Below the pieces are notes generated by a model. The model did not search any database. It had not been told where the DNA came from and worked only from the letters and a program-made list of their open reading frames with translations. This document shows, one piece after another, positions 22,141-34,722 of a stretch of DNA of 64,000 nt (its first letter is position 1; every line of letters starts with the position of its first letter). Both the position numbers and the translations under genes were made by a program. This DNA is from Rhynchopus sp. YZ270_cl-10 (lineage: Eukaryota). The stretch lies in contig OZ037835.1 of NCBI GenBank assembly GCA_964035575.1, positions 1,612,001 through 1,676,000 of the forward strand, read 5' to 3'.

Positions 22141-23655
22141 ATGATGATATGCGCGCTGCTGCTGTGCGTGGAAGCTGTGCTGCCTGCGTGCACAGGTACA
22201 ACCGCTCCGGCGTGTCGGTACGAATTCTCGAGTGCACCCCCTGGTTCTTTCGGAAGTGCCGACTTCTCACCGGACGGGCTACTGATTGCAACCTCAGCTG
22301 GTTGGCTGTCTGATCCCGTGGTGCGGAGCACACAAGACGGCTCTGTGGTGGCAGTGCTTCCAGCTGAAGGGCCCAAGAAGTCTGTGCTCTTCTCACCCAA
22401 CGGGCAGGAGATTGTAGTTGCATGCAACAATCGTGTGCTAGTGTTCAGCACGACAACTTGGCAACAGCTGCATGTGATCTTTGTTACGGATGATATCTCT
22501 GACGTGGCCTACTCGCACGACAGTGCTCATCTCGCTGTGGCCACCTACACTTTCGGCGCAGTGTACACGACCAGCAGGACCCTCGTCGCGAATTTCACTG
22601 GACACGGCGAGACGATCAGTGTTGCCTTCTCTCACGATGATTCGCAAGTTGTGAGTGGCGGAGCGGACAAAAAGGCCCGCGTGTGGTCCTCCACCACCGC
22701 TGTTGAGTCGTTTGCGATGACACACGAGGCTCAGGTCTATTCAGTTGCGTGGTCGGATGATGGGAAGCTGATTGCGACCGCAAGCCAAGAAATCACTGGG
22801 GTGACTGGCCATCAATACAATGCGGCAAAGCTGTGGGACGCGCGAGATGGATCGGAGTTAACGACGTTTTCTCCCAGTTACCCCGCCCGTGTTGTGTTTG
22901 CTCCGTCCAGTAAGCAGGTGGCTGTTGGGGAAGCGTCAATTCCTGGGGGTGAAAGTACAAAGAGAGTGACGTTGTTCGGAACGGAGGCACCTTACGCATC
23001 ACAAGCAGTGTACCCTGTCGGCGGTGTTTGCCTTTCCTATTCAAAGCAAGGTGATTTGTTGGCCATGTGTAGTATTTTCTCACGCACACTGACGGTTTGG
23101 GACGTGCTCCCGGGAACTGATCCGTCGTGCCCTGCGTCAGGTGTGGTCGTGTCTGTGGGAGGTGCCCCGGTTGCAGGCGTGCCCGTGTCGGCAGCGGCGC
23201 TGAACGAAGTGGTGGCGGGACCGGTCTTCAGCCTCTCGGTGCTGCCGCCCCCGATGCGCAACGGTGCGTTCCACTTTGCGAACAGCGTGGTGCCGGCCAC
23301 AACCGACATCGAGCTGTCGTGCTGCGGCTCCGCGACCGCATGCGAGTTCTACGTTGTGTCGTACAACTGTGGCGACTGCATGGCAAGCGACATGAACGGC
23401 GGCTTCCCCTCTGTGCTCCCGACTGCAGGCTTCGACGCAGGCAGCTGCTCTCCGTGGTTCACTGTGAACGATGCCGGACCTGTGGAACACCCGACGGTTG
23501 TGCACCACAAGCAGGTTGCTGCAGGCGACTCGGTGACCGTGACCACCACCAAGCAGGCCCTCTTCTTCGCAGTGTTTGGCGACAACAAGGCCCTCGGAGG
23601 GCCGTGGTGCAAGCGTGCAGCTGGCCCGGCTGTGGGCAACTCATGCCACGCATAG
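22141..23655 (+). CDS. WD40/Cys-rich protein, copy 9 (G146R variant)
   Basis: Identical except G>A at 22576 (TTSG to TTSR); (TCCACC)30 at 21913-22092. Confidence 0.9.
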   Translation: MMICALLLCVEAVLPACTGTTAPACRYEFSSAPPGSFGSADFSPDGLLIATSAGWLSDPVVRSTQDGSVVAVLPAEGPKKSVLFSPNGQEIVVACNNRVLVFSTTTWQQLHVIFVTDDISDVAYSHDSAHLAVATYTFGAVYTTSRTLVANFTGHGETISVAFSHDDSQVVSGGADKKARVWSSTTAVESFAMTHEAQVYSVAWSDDGKLIATASQEITGVTGHQYNAAKLWDARDGSELTTFSPSYPARVVFAPSSKQVAVGEASIPGGESTKRVTLFGTEAPYASQAVYPVGGVCLSYSKQGDLLAMCSIFSRTLTVWDVLPGTDPSCPASGVVVSVGGAPVAGVPVSAAALNEVVAGPVFSLSVLPPPMRNGAFHFANSVVPATTDIELSCCGSATACEFYVVSYNCGDCMASDMNGGFPSVLPTAGFDAGSCSPWFTVNDAGPVEHPTVVHHKQVAAGDSVTVTTTKQALFFAVFGDNKALGGPWCKRAAGPAVGNSCHA

Positions 23656-24598
23656 TGCGCTTACCTTTCGTAGGCAGCGTCAAACTTGAGAAGTGACCTT
23701 CATTTTTTTTTTTTTTTTTTTTGAAAAACACCAAACGCTGTTCACAATAATCATATATTGGTGAGAATGAATGGGAAAAGTAACGTTTTTGAGTTTACCC
23801 AAGTTTTCCTGTTTAACCCTTTAGACAGGGGTCCTAAGAGTGGTAACTTTTAGTTAGGGACTTTCCAGGGTTAGAGGTCTCGATGCCACTGTAGGCTTGT
23901 TGATCCCGGGTGATAAGAGATGAGCGCCAGTTGGGCTTGTCTCTCCAGGGGTAGAGCTCTGTGGTCTCATGCATTACTGTTGTATCTATGCTCGGATGTT
24001 TTTCGTGTCTGCTTGCACTGTTTTTTCTGTCCTGTTACAAGAACACTGATGAGTTTATATGGCCCTGCCTGAGCAGAGTTCTTGATGATCCCGGGTGATA
24101 AGACTGAGGGCCGGATGGGCTCGTCTTTCAAGGGTTAGAGTTCTTGCTCGGGGGATTTTTCGCTCTCTCTGTGGTGTTTGTGTTCTGTTATGTTACTTGT
24201 ACACTGTTTTGTTTCTTCCTGTGGCACAAAAGCGGATGAGCTAATGCTGAGTAACCCTGCTTGAGCAGAGTTCTTGATGATCCGGGTGACTCCAGGGTTA
24301 GACTCCAGGGTCTCTTTTCCTTCCCTCGTACGTCACAATAAAGAGACCCCTTCCCTCGCATTTTTTCACGACATTGTTTTTGGGTTTGGGTAATGTTCAC
24401 GGGCTATTCTCTATACACCAGATCTCCACCTCCACCTCCACCTCCACCTCCACCTCCACCTCCACCTCCACCTCCACCTCCACCTCCACCTCCACCTCCA
24501 CCTCCACCTCCACCTCCACCTCCACCTCCACCTCCACCTCCACCTCCACCTCCTCCCCTACCCGAAATCAGACAACAACAGACAACAAGAGAGGTGAA

Positions 24599-26113
24599 AT
24601 GATGATATGCGCGCTGCTGCTGTGCGTGGAAGCTGTGCTGCCTGCGTGCACAGGTACAACCGCTCCGGCGTGTCGGTACGAATTCTCGAGTGCACCCCCT
24701 GGTTCTTTCGGAAGTGCCGACTTCTCACCGGACGGGCTACTGATTGCAACCTCAGCTGGTTGGCTGTCTGATCCCGTGGTGCGGAGCACACAAGACGGCT
24801 CTGTGGTGGCAGTGCTTCCAGCTGAAGGGCCCAAGAAGTCTGTGCTCTTCTCACCCAACGGGCAGGAGATTGTAGTTGCATGCAACAATCGTGTGCTAGT
24901 GTTCAGCACGACAACTTGGCAACAGCTGCATGTGATCTTTGTTACGGATGATATCTCTGACGTGGCCTACTCGCACGACAGTGCTCATCTCGCTGTGGCC
25001 ACCTACACTTTCGGCGCAGTGTACACGACCAGCGGGACCCTCGTCGCGAATTTCACTGGACACGGCGAGACGATCAGTGTTGCCTTCTCTCACGATGATT
25101 CGCAAGTTGTGAGTGGCGGAGCGGACAAAAAGGCCCGCGTGTGGTCCTCCACCACCGCTGTTGAGTCGTTTGCGATGACACACGAGGCTCAGGTCTATTC
25201 AGTTGCGTGGTCGGATGATGGGAAGCTGATTGCGACCGCAAGCCAAGAAATCACTGGGGTGACTGGCCATCAATACAATGCGGCAAAGCTGTGGGACGCG
25301 CGAGATGGATCGGAGTTAACGACGTTTTCTCCCAGTTACCCCGCCCGTGTTGTGTTTGCTCCGTCCAGTAAGCAGGTGGCTGTTGGGGAAGCGTCAATTC
25401 CTGGGGGTGAAAGTACAAAGAGAGTGACGTTGTTCGGAACGGAGGCACCTTACGCATCACAAGCAGTGTACCCTGTCGGCGGTGTTTGCCTTTCCTATTC
25501 AAAGCAAGGTGATTTGTTGGCCATGTGTAGTATTTTCTCACGCACACTGACGGTTTGGGACGTGCTCCCGGGAACTGATCCGTCGTGCCCTGCGTCAGGT
25601 GTGGTCGTGTCTGTGGGAGGTGCCCCGGTTGCAGGCGTGCCCGTGTCGGCAGCGGCGCTGAACGAAGTGGTGGCGGGACCGGTCTTCAGCCTCTCGGTGC
25701 TGCCGCCCCCGATGCGCAACGGTGCGTTCCACTTTGCGAACAGCGTGGTGCCGGCCACAACCGACATCGAGCTGTCGTGCTGCGGCTCCGCGACCGCATG
25801 CGAGTTCTACGTTGTGTCGTACAACTGTGGCGACTGCATGGCAAGCGACATGAACGGCGGCTTCCCCTCTGTGCTCCCGACTGCAGGCTTCGACGCAGGC
25901 AGCTGCTCTCCGTGGTTCACTGTGAACGATGCCGGACCTGTGGAACACCCGACGGTTGTGCACCACAAGCAGGTTGCTGCAGGCGACTCGGTGACCGTGA
26001 CCACCACCAAGCAGGCCCTCTTCTTCGCAGTGTTTGGCGACAACAAGGCCCTCGGAGGGCCGTGGTGCAAGCGTGCAGCTGGCCCGGCTGTGGGCAACTC
26101 ATGCCACGCATAG
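24599..26113 (+). CDS. WD40/Cys-rich protein, copy 10
   Basis: Identical translation; (TCCACC)21 at 24425-24550. Confidence 0.9.
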   Translation: MMICALLLCVEAVLPACTGTTAPACRYEFSSAPPGSFGSADFSPDGLLIATSAGWLSDPVVRSTQDGSVVAVLPAEGPKKSVLFSPNGQEIVVACNNRVLVFSTTTWQQLHVIFVTDDISDVAYSHDSAHLAVATYTFGAVYTTSGTLVANFTGHGETISVAFSHDDSQVVSGGADKKARVWSSTTAVESFAMTHEAQVYSVAWSDDGKLIATASQEITGVTGHQYNAAKLWDARDGSELTTFSPSYPARVVFAPSSKQVAVGEASIPGGESTKRVTLFGTEAPYASQAVYPVGGVCLSYSKQGDLLAMCSIFSRTLTVWDVLPGTDPSCPASGVVVSVGGAPVAGVPVSAAALNEVVAGPVFSLSVLPPPMRNGAFHFANSVVPATTDIELSCCGSATACEFYVVSYNCGDCMASDMNGGFPSVLPTAGFDAGSCSPWFTVNDAGPVEHPTVVHHKQVAAGDSVTVTTTKQALFFAVFGDNKALGGPWCKRAAGPAVGNSCHA

Positions 26114-27183
26114 TGCGCTTACCTTTCGTAGGCAGCGTCAAACTTGAGAAGTGACCTTCATTTTTTTTTTTTTTTTTTTTGAAAAACACCAAACGCTGTT
26201 CACAATAATCATATATTGGTGAGAATGAATGGGAAAAGTAACGTTTTTGAGTTTACCCAAGTTTTCCTGTTTAACCCTTTAGACAGGGGTCCTAAGAGTG
26301 GTAACTTTTAGTTAGGGACTTTCCAGGGTTAGAGGTCTCGATGCCACTGTAGGCTTGTTGATCCCGGGTGATAAGAGATGAGCGCCAGTTGGGCTTGTCT
26401 CTCCAGGGGTAGAGCTCTGTGGTCTCATGCATTACTGTTGTATCTATGCTCGGATGTTTTTCGTGTCTGCTTGCACTGTTTTTTCTGTCCTGTTACAAGA
26501 ACACTGATGAGTTTATATGGCCCTGCCTGAGCAGAGTTCTTGATGATCCCGGGTGATAAGACTGAGGGCCGGATGGGCTCGTCTTTCAAGGGTTAGAGTT
26601 CTTGCTCGGGGGATTTTTCGCTCTCTCTGTGGTGTTTGTGTTCTGTTATGTTACTTGTACACTGTTTTGTTTCTTCCTGTGGCACAAAAGCGGATGAGCT
26701 AATGCTGAGTAACCCTGCTTGAGCAGAGTTCTTGATGATCCCGGGTGACTCCAGGGTTAGACTCCAGGGTCTCTTTTCCTTCCCTCGTACGTCACAATAA
26801 AGAGACCCCTTCCCTCGCATTTTTTCACGACATTGTTTTTGGGTTTGGGTAATGTTCACGGGCTATTCTCTATACACCAGATCTCCACCTCCACCTCCAC
26901 CTCCACCTCCACCTCCACCTCCACCTCCACCTCCACCTCCACCTCCACCTCCACCTCCACCTCCACCTCCACCTCCACCTCCACCTCCACCTCCACCTCC
27001 ACCTCCACCTCCACCTCCACCTCCACCTCCACCTCCACCTCCACCTCCACCTCCACCTCCACCTCCACCTCCACCTCCACCTCCACCTCCACCTCCACCT
27101 CCACCTCCACCTCCACCTCCACCTCCACCTCCACCTCCTCCCCTACCCGAAATCAGACAACAACAGACAACAAGAGAGGTGAA

Positions 27184-28698
27184 ATGATGATATGCGCGCT
27201 GCTGCTGTGCGTGGAAGCTGTGCTGCCTGCGTGCACAGGTACAACCGCTCCGGCGTGTCGGTACGAATTCTCGAGTGCACCCCCTGGTTCTTTCGGAAGT
27301 GCCGACTTCTCACCGGACGGGCTACTGATTGCAACCTCAGCTGGTTGGCTGTCTGATCCCGTGGTGCGGAGCACACAAGACGGCTCTGTGGTGGCAGTGC
27401 TTCCAGCTGAAGGGCCCAAGAAGTCTGTGCTCTTCTCACCCAACGGGCAGGAGATTGTAGTTGCATGCAACAATCGTGTGCTAGTGTTCAGCACGACAAC
27501 TTGGCAACAGCTGCATGTGATCTTTGTTACGGATGATATCTCTGACGTGGCCTACTCGCACGACAGTGCTCATCTCGCTGTGGCCACCTACACTTTCGGC
27601 GCAGTGTACACGACCAGCGGGACCCTCGTCGCGAATTTCACTGGACACGGCGAGACGATCAGTGTTGCCTTCTCTCACGATGATTCGCAAGTTGTGAGTG
27701 GCGGAGCGGACAAAAAGGCCCGCGTGTGGTCCTCCACCACCGCTGTTGAGTCGTTTGCGATGACACACGAGGCTCAGGTCTATTCAGTTGCGTGGTCGGA
27801 TGATGGGAAGCTGATTGCGACCGCAAGCCAAGAAATCACTGGGGTGACTGGCCATCAATACAATGCGGCAAAGCTGTGGGACGCGCGAGATGGATCGGAG
27901 TTAACGACGTTTTCTCCCAGTTACCCCGCCCGTGTTGTGTTTGCTCCGTCCAGTAAGCAGGTGGCTGTTGGGGAAGCGTCAATTCCTGGGGGTGAAAGTA
28001 CAAAGAGAGTGACGTTGTTCGGAACGGAGGCACCTTACGCATCACAAGCAGTGTACCCTGTCGGCGGTGTTTGCCTTTCCTATTCAAAGCAAGGTGATTT
28101 GTTGGCCATGTGTAGTATTTTCTCACGCACACTGACGGTTTGGGACGTGCTCCCGGGAACTGATCCGTCGTGCCCTGCGTCAGGTGTGGTCGTGTCTGTG
28201 GGAGGTGCCCCGGTTGCAGGCGTGCCCGTGTCGGCAGCGGCGCTGAACGAAGTGGTGGCGGGACCGGTCTTCAGCCTCTCGGTGCTGCCGCCCCCGATGC
28301 GCAACGGTGCGTTCCACTTTGCGAACAGCGTGGTGCCGGCCACAACCGACATCGAGCTGTCGTGCTGCGGCTCCGCGACCGCATGCGAGTTCTACGTTGT
28401 GTCGTACAACTGTGGCGACTGCATGGCAAGCGACATGAACGGCGGCTTCCCCTCTGTGCTCCCGACTGCAGGCTTCGACGCAGGCAGCTGCTCTCCGTGG
28501 TTCACTGTGAACGATGCCGGACCTGTGGAACACCCGACGGTTGTGCACCACAAGCAGGTTGCTGCAGGCGACTCGGTGACCGTGACCACCACCAAGCAGG
28601 CCCTCTTCTTCGCAGTGTTTGGCGACAACAAGGCCCTCGGAGGGCCGTGGTGCAAGCGTGCAGCTGGCCCGGCTGTGGGCAACTCATGCCACGCATAG
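27184..28698 (+). CDS. WD40/Cys-rich protein, copy 11
   Basis: Identical translation; (TCCACC)42 at 26884-27135. Confidence 0.9.
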   Translation: MMICALLLCVEAVLPACTGTTAPACRYEFSSAPPGSFGSADFSPDGLLIATSAGWLSDPVVRSTQDGSVVAVLPAEGPKKSVLFSPNGQEIVVACNNRVLVFSTTTWQQLHVIFVTDDISDVAYSHDSAHLAVATYTFGAVYTTSGTLVANFTGHGETISVAFSHDDSQVVSGGADKKARVWSSTTAVESFAMTHEAQVYSVAWSDDGKLIATASQEITGVTGHQYNAAKLWDARDGSELTTFSPSYPARVVFAPSSKQVAVGEASIPGGESTKRVTLFGTEAPYASQAVYPVGGVCLSYSKQGDLLAMCSIFSRTLTVWDVLPGTDPSCPASGVVVSVGGAPVAGVPVSAAALNEVVAGPVFSLSVLPPPMRNGAFHFANSVVPATTDIELSCCGSATACEFYVVSYNCGDCMASDMNGGFPSVLPTAGFDAGSCSPWFTVNDAGPVEHPTVVHHKQVAAGDSVTVTTTKQALFFAVFGDNKALGGPWCKRAAGPAVGNSCHA

Positions 28699-29726
28699 TG
28701 CGCTTACCTTTCGTAGGCAGCGTCAAACTTGAGAAGTGACCTTCATTTTTTTTTTTTTTTTTTTTGAAAAACACCAAACGCTGTTCACAATAATCATATA
28801 TTGGTGAGAATGAATGGGAAAAGTAACGTTTTTGAGTTTACCCAAGTTTTCCTGTTTAACCCTTTAGACAGGGGTCCTAAGAGTGGTAACTTTTAGTTAG
28901 GGACTTTCCAGGGTTAGAGGTCTCGATGCCACTGTAGGCTTGTTGATCCCGGGTGATAAGAGATGAGCGCCAGTTGGGCTTGTCTCTCCAGGGGTAGAGC
29001 TCTGTGGTCTCATGCATTACTGTTGTATCTATGCTCGGATGTTTTTCGTGTCTGCTTGCACTGTTTTTTCTGTCCTGTTACAAGAACACTGATGAGTTTA
29101 TATGGCCCTGCCTGAGCAGAGTTCTTGATGATCCCGGGTGATAAGACTGAGGGCCGGATGGGCTCGTCTTTCAAGGGTTAGAGTTCTTGCTCGGGGGATT
29201 TTTCGCTCTCTCTGTGGTGTTTGTGTTCTGTTATGTTACTTGTACACTGTTTTGTTTCTTCCTGTGGCACAAAAGCGGATGAGCTAATGCTGAGTAACCC
29301 TGCTTGAGCAGAGTTCTTGATGATCCCGGGTGACTCCAGGGTTAGACTCCAGGGTCTCTTTTCCTTCCCTCGTACGTCACAATAAAGAGACCCCTTCCCT
29401 CGCATTTTTTCACGACATTGTTTTTGGGTTTGGGTAATGTTCACGGGCTATTCTCTATACACCAGATCTCCACCTCCACCTCCACCTCCACCTCCACCTC
29501 CACCTCCACCTCCACCTCCACCTCCACCTCCACCTCCACCTCCACCTCCACCTCCACCTCCACCTCCACCTCCACCTCCACCTCCACCTCCACCTCCACC
29601 TCCACCTCCACCTCCACCTCCACCTCCACCTCCACCTCCACCTCCACCTCCACCTCCACCTCCACCTCCACCTCCACCTCCTCCCCTACCCGAAATCAGA
29701 CAACAACAGACAACAAGAGAGGTGAA

Positions 29727-31241
29727 ATGATGATATGCGCGCTGCTGCTGTGCGTGGAAGCTGTGCTGCCTGCGTGCACAGGTACAACCGCTCCGGCGTG
29801 TCGGTACGAATTCTCGAGTGCACCCCCTGGTTCTTTCGGAAGTGCCGACTTCTCACCGGACGGGCTACTGATTGCAACCTCAGCTGGTTGGCTGTCTGAT
29901 CCCGTGGTGCGGAGCACACAAGACGGCTCTGTGGTGGCAGTGCTTCCAGCTGAAGGGCCCAAGAAGTCTGTGCTCTTCTCACCCAACGGGCAGGAGATTG
30001 TAGTTGCATGCAACAATCGTGTGCTAGTGTTCAGCACGACAACTTGGCAACAGCTGCATGTGATCTTTGTTACGGATGATATCTCTGACGTGGCCTACTC
30101 GCACGACAGTGCTCATCTCGCTGTGGCCACCTACACTTTCGGCGCAGTGTACACGACCAGCGGGACCCTCGTCGCGAATTTCACTGGACACGGCGAGACG
30201 ATCAGTGTTGCCTTCTCTCACGATGATTCGCAAGTTGTGAGTGGCGGAGCGGACAAAAAGGCCCGCGTGTGGTCCTCCACCACCGCTGTTGAGTCGTTTG
30301 CGATGACACACGAGGCTCAGGTCTATTCAGTTGCGTGGTCGGATGATGGGAAGCTGATTGCGACCGCAAGCCAAGAAATCACTGGGGTGACTGGCCATCA
30401 ATACAATGCGGCAAAGCTGTGGGACGCGCGAGATGGATCGGAGTTAACGACGTTTTCTCCCAGTTACCCCGCCCGTGTTGTGTTTGCTCCGTCCAGTAAG
30501 CAGGTGGCTGTTGGGGAAGCGTCAATTCCTGGGGGTGAAAGTACAAAGAGAGTGACGTTGTTCGGAACGGAGGCACCTTACGCATCACAAGCAGTGTACC
30601 CTGTCGGCGGTGTTTGCCTTTCCTATTCAAAGCAAGGTGATTTGTTGGCCATGTGTAGTATTTTCTCACGCACACTGACGGTTTGGGACGTGCTCCCGGG
30701 AACTGATCCGTCGTGCCCTGCGTCAGGTGTGGTCGTGTCTGTGGGAGGTGCCCCGGTTGCAGGCGTGCCCGTGTCGGCAGCGGCGCTGAACGAAGTGGTG
30801 GCGGGACCGGTCTTCAGCCTCTCGGTGCTGCCGCCCCCGATGCGCAACGGTGCGTTCCACTTTGCGAACAGCGTGGTGCCGGCCACAACCGACATCGAGC
30901 TGTCGTGCTGCGGCTCCGCGACCGCATGCGAGTTCTACGTTGTGTCGTACAACTGTGGCGACTGCATGGCAAGCGACATGAACGGCGGCTTCCCCTCTGT
31001 GCTCCCGACTGCAGGCTTCGACGCAGGCAGCTGCTCTCCGTGGTTCACTGTGAACGATGCCGGACCTGTGGAACACCCGACGGTTGTGCACCACAAGCAG
31101 GTTGCTGCAGGCGACTCGGTGACCGTGACCACCACCAAGCAGGCCCTCTTCTTCGCAGTGTTTGGCGACAACAAGGCCCTCGGAGGGCCGTGGTGCAAGC
31201 GTGCAGCTGGCCCGGCTGTGGGCAACTCATGCCACGCATAG
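29727..31241 (+). CDS. WD40/Cys-rich protein, copy 12
   Basis: Identical translation; (TCCACC)35 at 29469-29678. Confidence 0.9.
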   Translation: MMICALLLCVEAVLPACTGTTAPACRYEFSSAPPGSFGSADFSPDGLLIATSAGWLSDPVVRSTQDGSVVAVLPAEGPKKSVLFSPNGQEIVVACNNRVLVFSTTTWQQLHVIFVTDDISDVAYSHDSAHLAVATYTFGAVYTTSGTLVANFTGHGETISVAFSHDDSQVVSGGADKKARVWSSTTAVESFAMTHEAQVYSVAWSDDGKLIATASQEITGVTGHQYNAAKLWDARDGSELTTFSPSYPARVVFAPSSKQVAVGEASIPGGESTKRVTLFGTEAPYASQAVYPVGGVCLSYSKQGDLLAMCSIFSRTLTVWDVLPGTDPSCPASGVVVSVGGAPVAGVPVSAAALNEVVAGPVFSLSVLPPPMRNGAFHFANSVVPATTDIELSCCGSATACEFYVVSYNCGDCMASDMNGGFPSVLPTAGFDAGSCSPWFTVNDAGPVEHPTVVHHKQVAAGDSVTVTTTKQALFFAVFGDNKALGGPWCKRAAGPAVGNSCHA

Positions 31242-32281
31242 TGCGCTTACCTTTCGTAGGCAGCGTCAAACTTGAGAAGTGACCTTCATTTTTTTTTTTT
31301 TTTTTTTTGAAAAACACCAAACGCTGTTCACAATAATCATATATTGGTGAGAATGAATGGGAAAAGTAACGTTTTTGAGTTTACCCAAGTTTTCCTGTTT
31401 AACCCTTTAGACAGGGGTCCTAAGAGTGGTAACTTTTAGTTAGGGACTTTCCAGGGTTAGAGGTCTCGATGCCACTGTAGGCTTGTTGATCCCGGGTGAT
31501 AAGAGATGAGCGCCAGTTGGGCTTGTCTCTCCAGGGGTAGAGCTCTGTGGTCTCATGCATTACTGTTGTATCTATGCTCGGATGTTTTTCGTGTCTGCTT
31601 GCACTGTTTTTTCTGTCCTGTTACAAGAACACTGATGAGTTTATATGGCCCTGCCTGAGCAGAGTTCTTGATGATCCCGGGTGATAAGACTGAGGGCCGG
31701 ATGGGCTCGTCTTTCAAGGGTTAGAGTTCTTGCTCGGGGGATTTTTCGCTCTCTCTGTGGTGTTTGTGTTCTGTTATGTTACTTGTACACTGTTTTGTTT
31801 CTTCCTGTGGCACAAAAGCGGATGAGCTAATGCTGAGTAACCCTGCTTGAGCAGAGTTCTTGATGATCCCGGGTGACTCCAGGGTTAGACTCCAGGGTCT
31901 CTTTTCCTTCCCTCGTACGTCACAATAAAGAGACCCCTTCCCTCGCATTTTTTCACGACATTGTTTTTGGGTTTGGGTAATGTTCACGGGCTATTCTCTA
32001 TACACCAGATCTCCACCTCCACCTCCACCTCCACCTCCACCTCCACCTCCACCTCCACCTCCACCTCCACCTCCACCTCCACCTCCACCTCCACCTCCAC
32101 CTCCACCTCCACCTCCACCTCCACCTCCACCTCCACCTCCACCTCCACCTCCACCTCCACCTCCACCTCCACCTCCACCTCCACCTCCACCTCCACCTCC
32201 ACCTCCACCTCCACCTCCACCTCCACCTCCACCTCCTCCCCTACCCGAAATCAGACAACAACAGACAACAAGAGAGGTGAA

Positions 32282-33796
32282 ATGATGATATGCGCGCTGC
32301 TGCTGTGCGTGGAAGCTGTGCTGCCTGCGTGCACAGGTACAACCGCTCCGGCGTGTCGGTACGAATTCTCGAGTGCACCCCCTGGTTCTTTCGGAAGTGC
32401 CGACTTCTCACCGGACGGGCTACTGATTGCAACCTCAGCTGGTTGGCTGTCTGATCCCGTGGTGCGGAGCACACAAGACGGCTCTGTGGTGGCAGTGCTT
32501 CCAGCTGAAGGGCCCAAGAAGTCTGTGCTCTTCTCACCCAACGGGCAGGAGATTGTAGTTGCATGCAACAATCGTGTGCTAGTGTTCAGCACGACAACTT
32601 GGCAACAGCTGCATGTGATCTTTGTTACGGATGATATCTCTGACGTGGCCTACTCGCACGACAGTGCTCATCTCGCTGTGGCCACCTACACTTTCGGCGC
32701 AGTGTACACGACCAGCGGGACCCTCGTCGCGAATTTCACTGGACACGGCGAGACGATCAGTGTTGCCTTCTCTCACGATGATTCGCAAGTTGTGAGTGGC
32801 GGAGCGGACAAAAAGGCCCGCGTGTGGTCCTCCACCACCGCTGTTGAGTCGTTTGCGATGACACACGAGGCTCAGGTCTATTCAGTTGCGTGGTCGGATG
32901 ATGGGAAGCTGATTGCGACCGCAAGCCAAGAAATCACTGGGGTGACTGGCCATCAATACAATGCGGCAAAGCTGTGGGACGCGCGAGATGGATCGGAGTT
33001 AACGACGTTTTCTCCCAGTTACCCCGCCCGTGTTGTGTTTGCTCCGTCCAGTAAGCAGGTGGCTGTTGGGGAAGCGTCAATTCCTGGGGGTGAAAGTACA
33101 AAGAGAGTGACGTTGTTCGGAACGGAGGCACCTTACGCATCACAAGCAGTGTACCCTGTCGGCGGTGTTTGCCTTTCCTATTCAAAGCAAGGTGATTTGT
33201 TGGCCATGTGTAGTATTTTCTCACGCACACTGACGGTTTGGGACGTGCTCCCGGGAACTGATCCGTCGTGCCCTGCGTCAGGTGTGGTCGTGTCTGTGGG
33301 AGGTGCCCCGGTTGCAGGCGTGCCCGTGTCGGCAGCGGCGCTGAACGAAGTGGTGGCGGGACCGGTCTTCAGCCTCTCGGTGCTGCCGCCCCCGATGCGC
33401 AACGGTGCGTTCCACTTTGCGAACAGCGTGGTGCCGGCCACAACCGACATCGAGCTGTCGTGCTGCGGCTCCGCGACCGCATGCGAGTTCTACGTTGTGT
33501 CGTACAACTGTGGCGACTGCATGGCAAGCGACATGAACGGCGGCTTCCCCTCTGTGCTCCCGACTGCAGGCTTCGACGCAGGCAGCTGCTCTCCGTGGTT
33601 CACTGTGAACGATGCCGGACCTGTGGAACACCCGACGGTTGTGCACCACAAGCAGGTTGCTGCAGGCGACTCGGTGACCGTGACCACCACCAAGCAGGCC
33701 CTCTTCTTCGCAGTGTTTGGCGACAACAAGGCCCTCGGAGGGCCGTGGTGCAAGCGTGCAGCTGGCCCGGCTGTGGGCAACTCATGCCACGCATAG
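32282..33796 (+). CDS. WD40/Cys-rich protein, copy 13
   Basis: Identical translation; (TCCACC)37 at 32012-32233. Confidence 0.9.
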   Translation: MMICALLLCVEAVLPACTGTTAPACRYEFSSAPPGSFGSADFSPDGLLIATSAGWLSDPVVRSTQDGSVVAVLPAEGPKKSVLFSPNGQEIVVACNNRVLVFSTTTWQQLHVIFVTDDISDVAYSHDSAHLAVATYTFGAVYTTSGTLVANFTGHGETISVAFSHDDSQVVSGGADKKARVWSSTTAVESFAMTHEAQVYSVAWSDDGKLIATASQEITGVTGHQYNAAKLWDARDGSELTTFSPSYPARVVFAPSSKQVAVGEASIPGGESTKRVTLFGTEAPYASQAVYPVGGVCLSYSKQGDLLAMCSIFSRTLTVWDVLPGTDPSCPASGVVVSVGGAPVAGVPVSAAALNEVVAGPVFSLSVLPPPMRNGAFHFANSVVPATTDIELSCCGSATACEFYVVSYNCGDCMASDMNGGFPSVLPTAGFDAGSCSPWFTVNDAGPVEHPTVVHHKQVAAGDSVTVTTTKQALFFAVFGDNKALGGPWCKRAAGPAVGNSCHA

Positions 33797-34722
33797 TGCG
33801 CTTACCTTTCGTAGGCAGCGTCAAACTTGAGAAGTGACCTTCATTTTTTTTTTTTTTTTTTTTGAAAAACACCAAACGCTGTTCACAATAATCATATATT
33901 GGTGAGAATGAATGGGAAAAGTAACGTTTTTGAGTTTACCCAAGTTTTCCTGTTTAACCCTTTAGACAGGGGTCCTAAGAGTGGTAACTTTTAGTTAGGG
34001 ACTTTCCAGGGTTAGAGGTCTCGATGCCACTGTAGGCTTGTTGATCCCGGGTGATAAGAGATGAGCGCCAGTTGGGCTTGTCTCTCCAGGGGTAGAGCTC
34101 TGTGGTCTCATGCATTACTGTTGTATCTATGCTCGGATGTTTTTCGTGTCTGCTTGCACTGTTTTTTCTGTCCTGTTACAAGAACACTGATGAGTTTATA
34201 TGGCCCTGCCTGAGCAGAGTTCTTGATGATCCCGGGTGATAAGACTGAGGGCCGGATGGGCTCGTCTTTCAAGGGTTAGAGTTCTTGCTCGGGGGATTTT
34301 TCGCTCTCTCTGTGGTGTTTGTGTTCTGTTATGTTACTTGTACACTGTTTTGTTTCTTCCTGTGGCACAAAAGCGGATGAGCTAATGCTGAGTAACCCTG
34401 CTTGAGCAGAGTTCTTGATGATCCCGGGTGACTCCAGGGTTAGACTCCAGGGTCTCTTTTCCTTCCCTCGTACGTCACAATAAAGAGACCCCTTCCCTCG
34501 CATTTTTTCACGACATTGTTTTTGGGTTTGGGTAATGTTCACGGGCTATTCTCTATACACCAGATCTCCACCTCCACCTCCACCTCCACCTCCACCTCCA
34601 CCTCCACCTCCACCTCCACCTCCACCTCCACCTCCACCTCCACCTCCACCTCCACCTCCACCTCCACCTCCACCTCCTCCCCTACCCGAAATCAGACAAC
34701 AACAGACAACAAGAGAGGTGAA

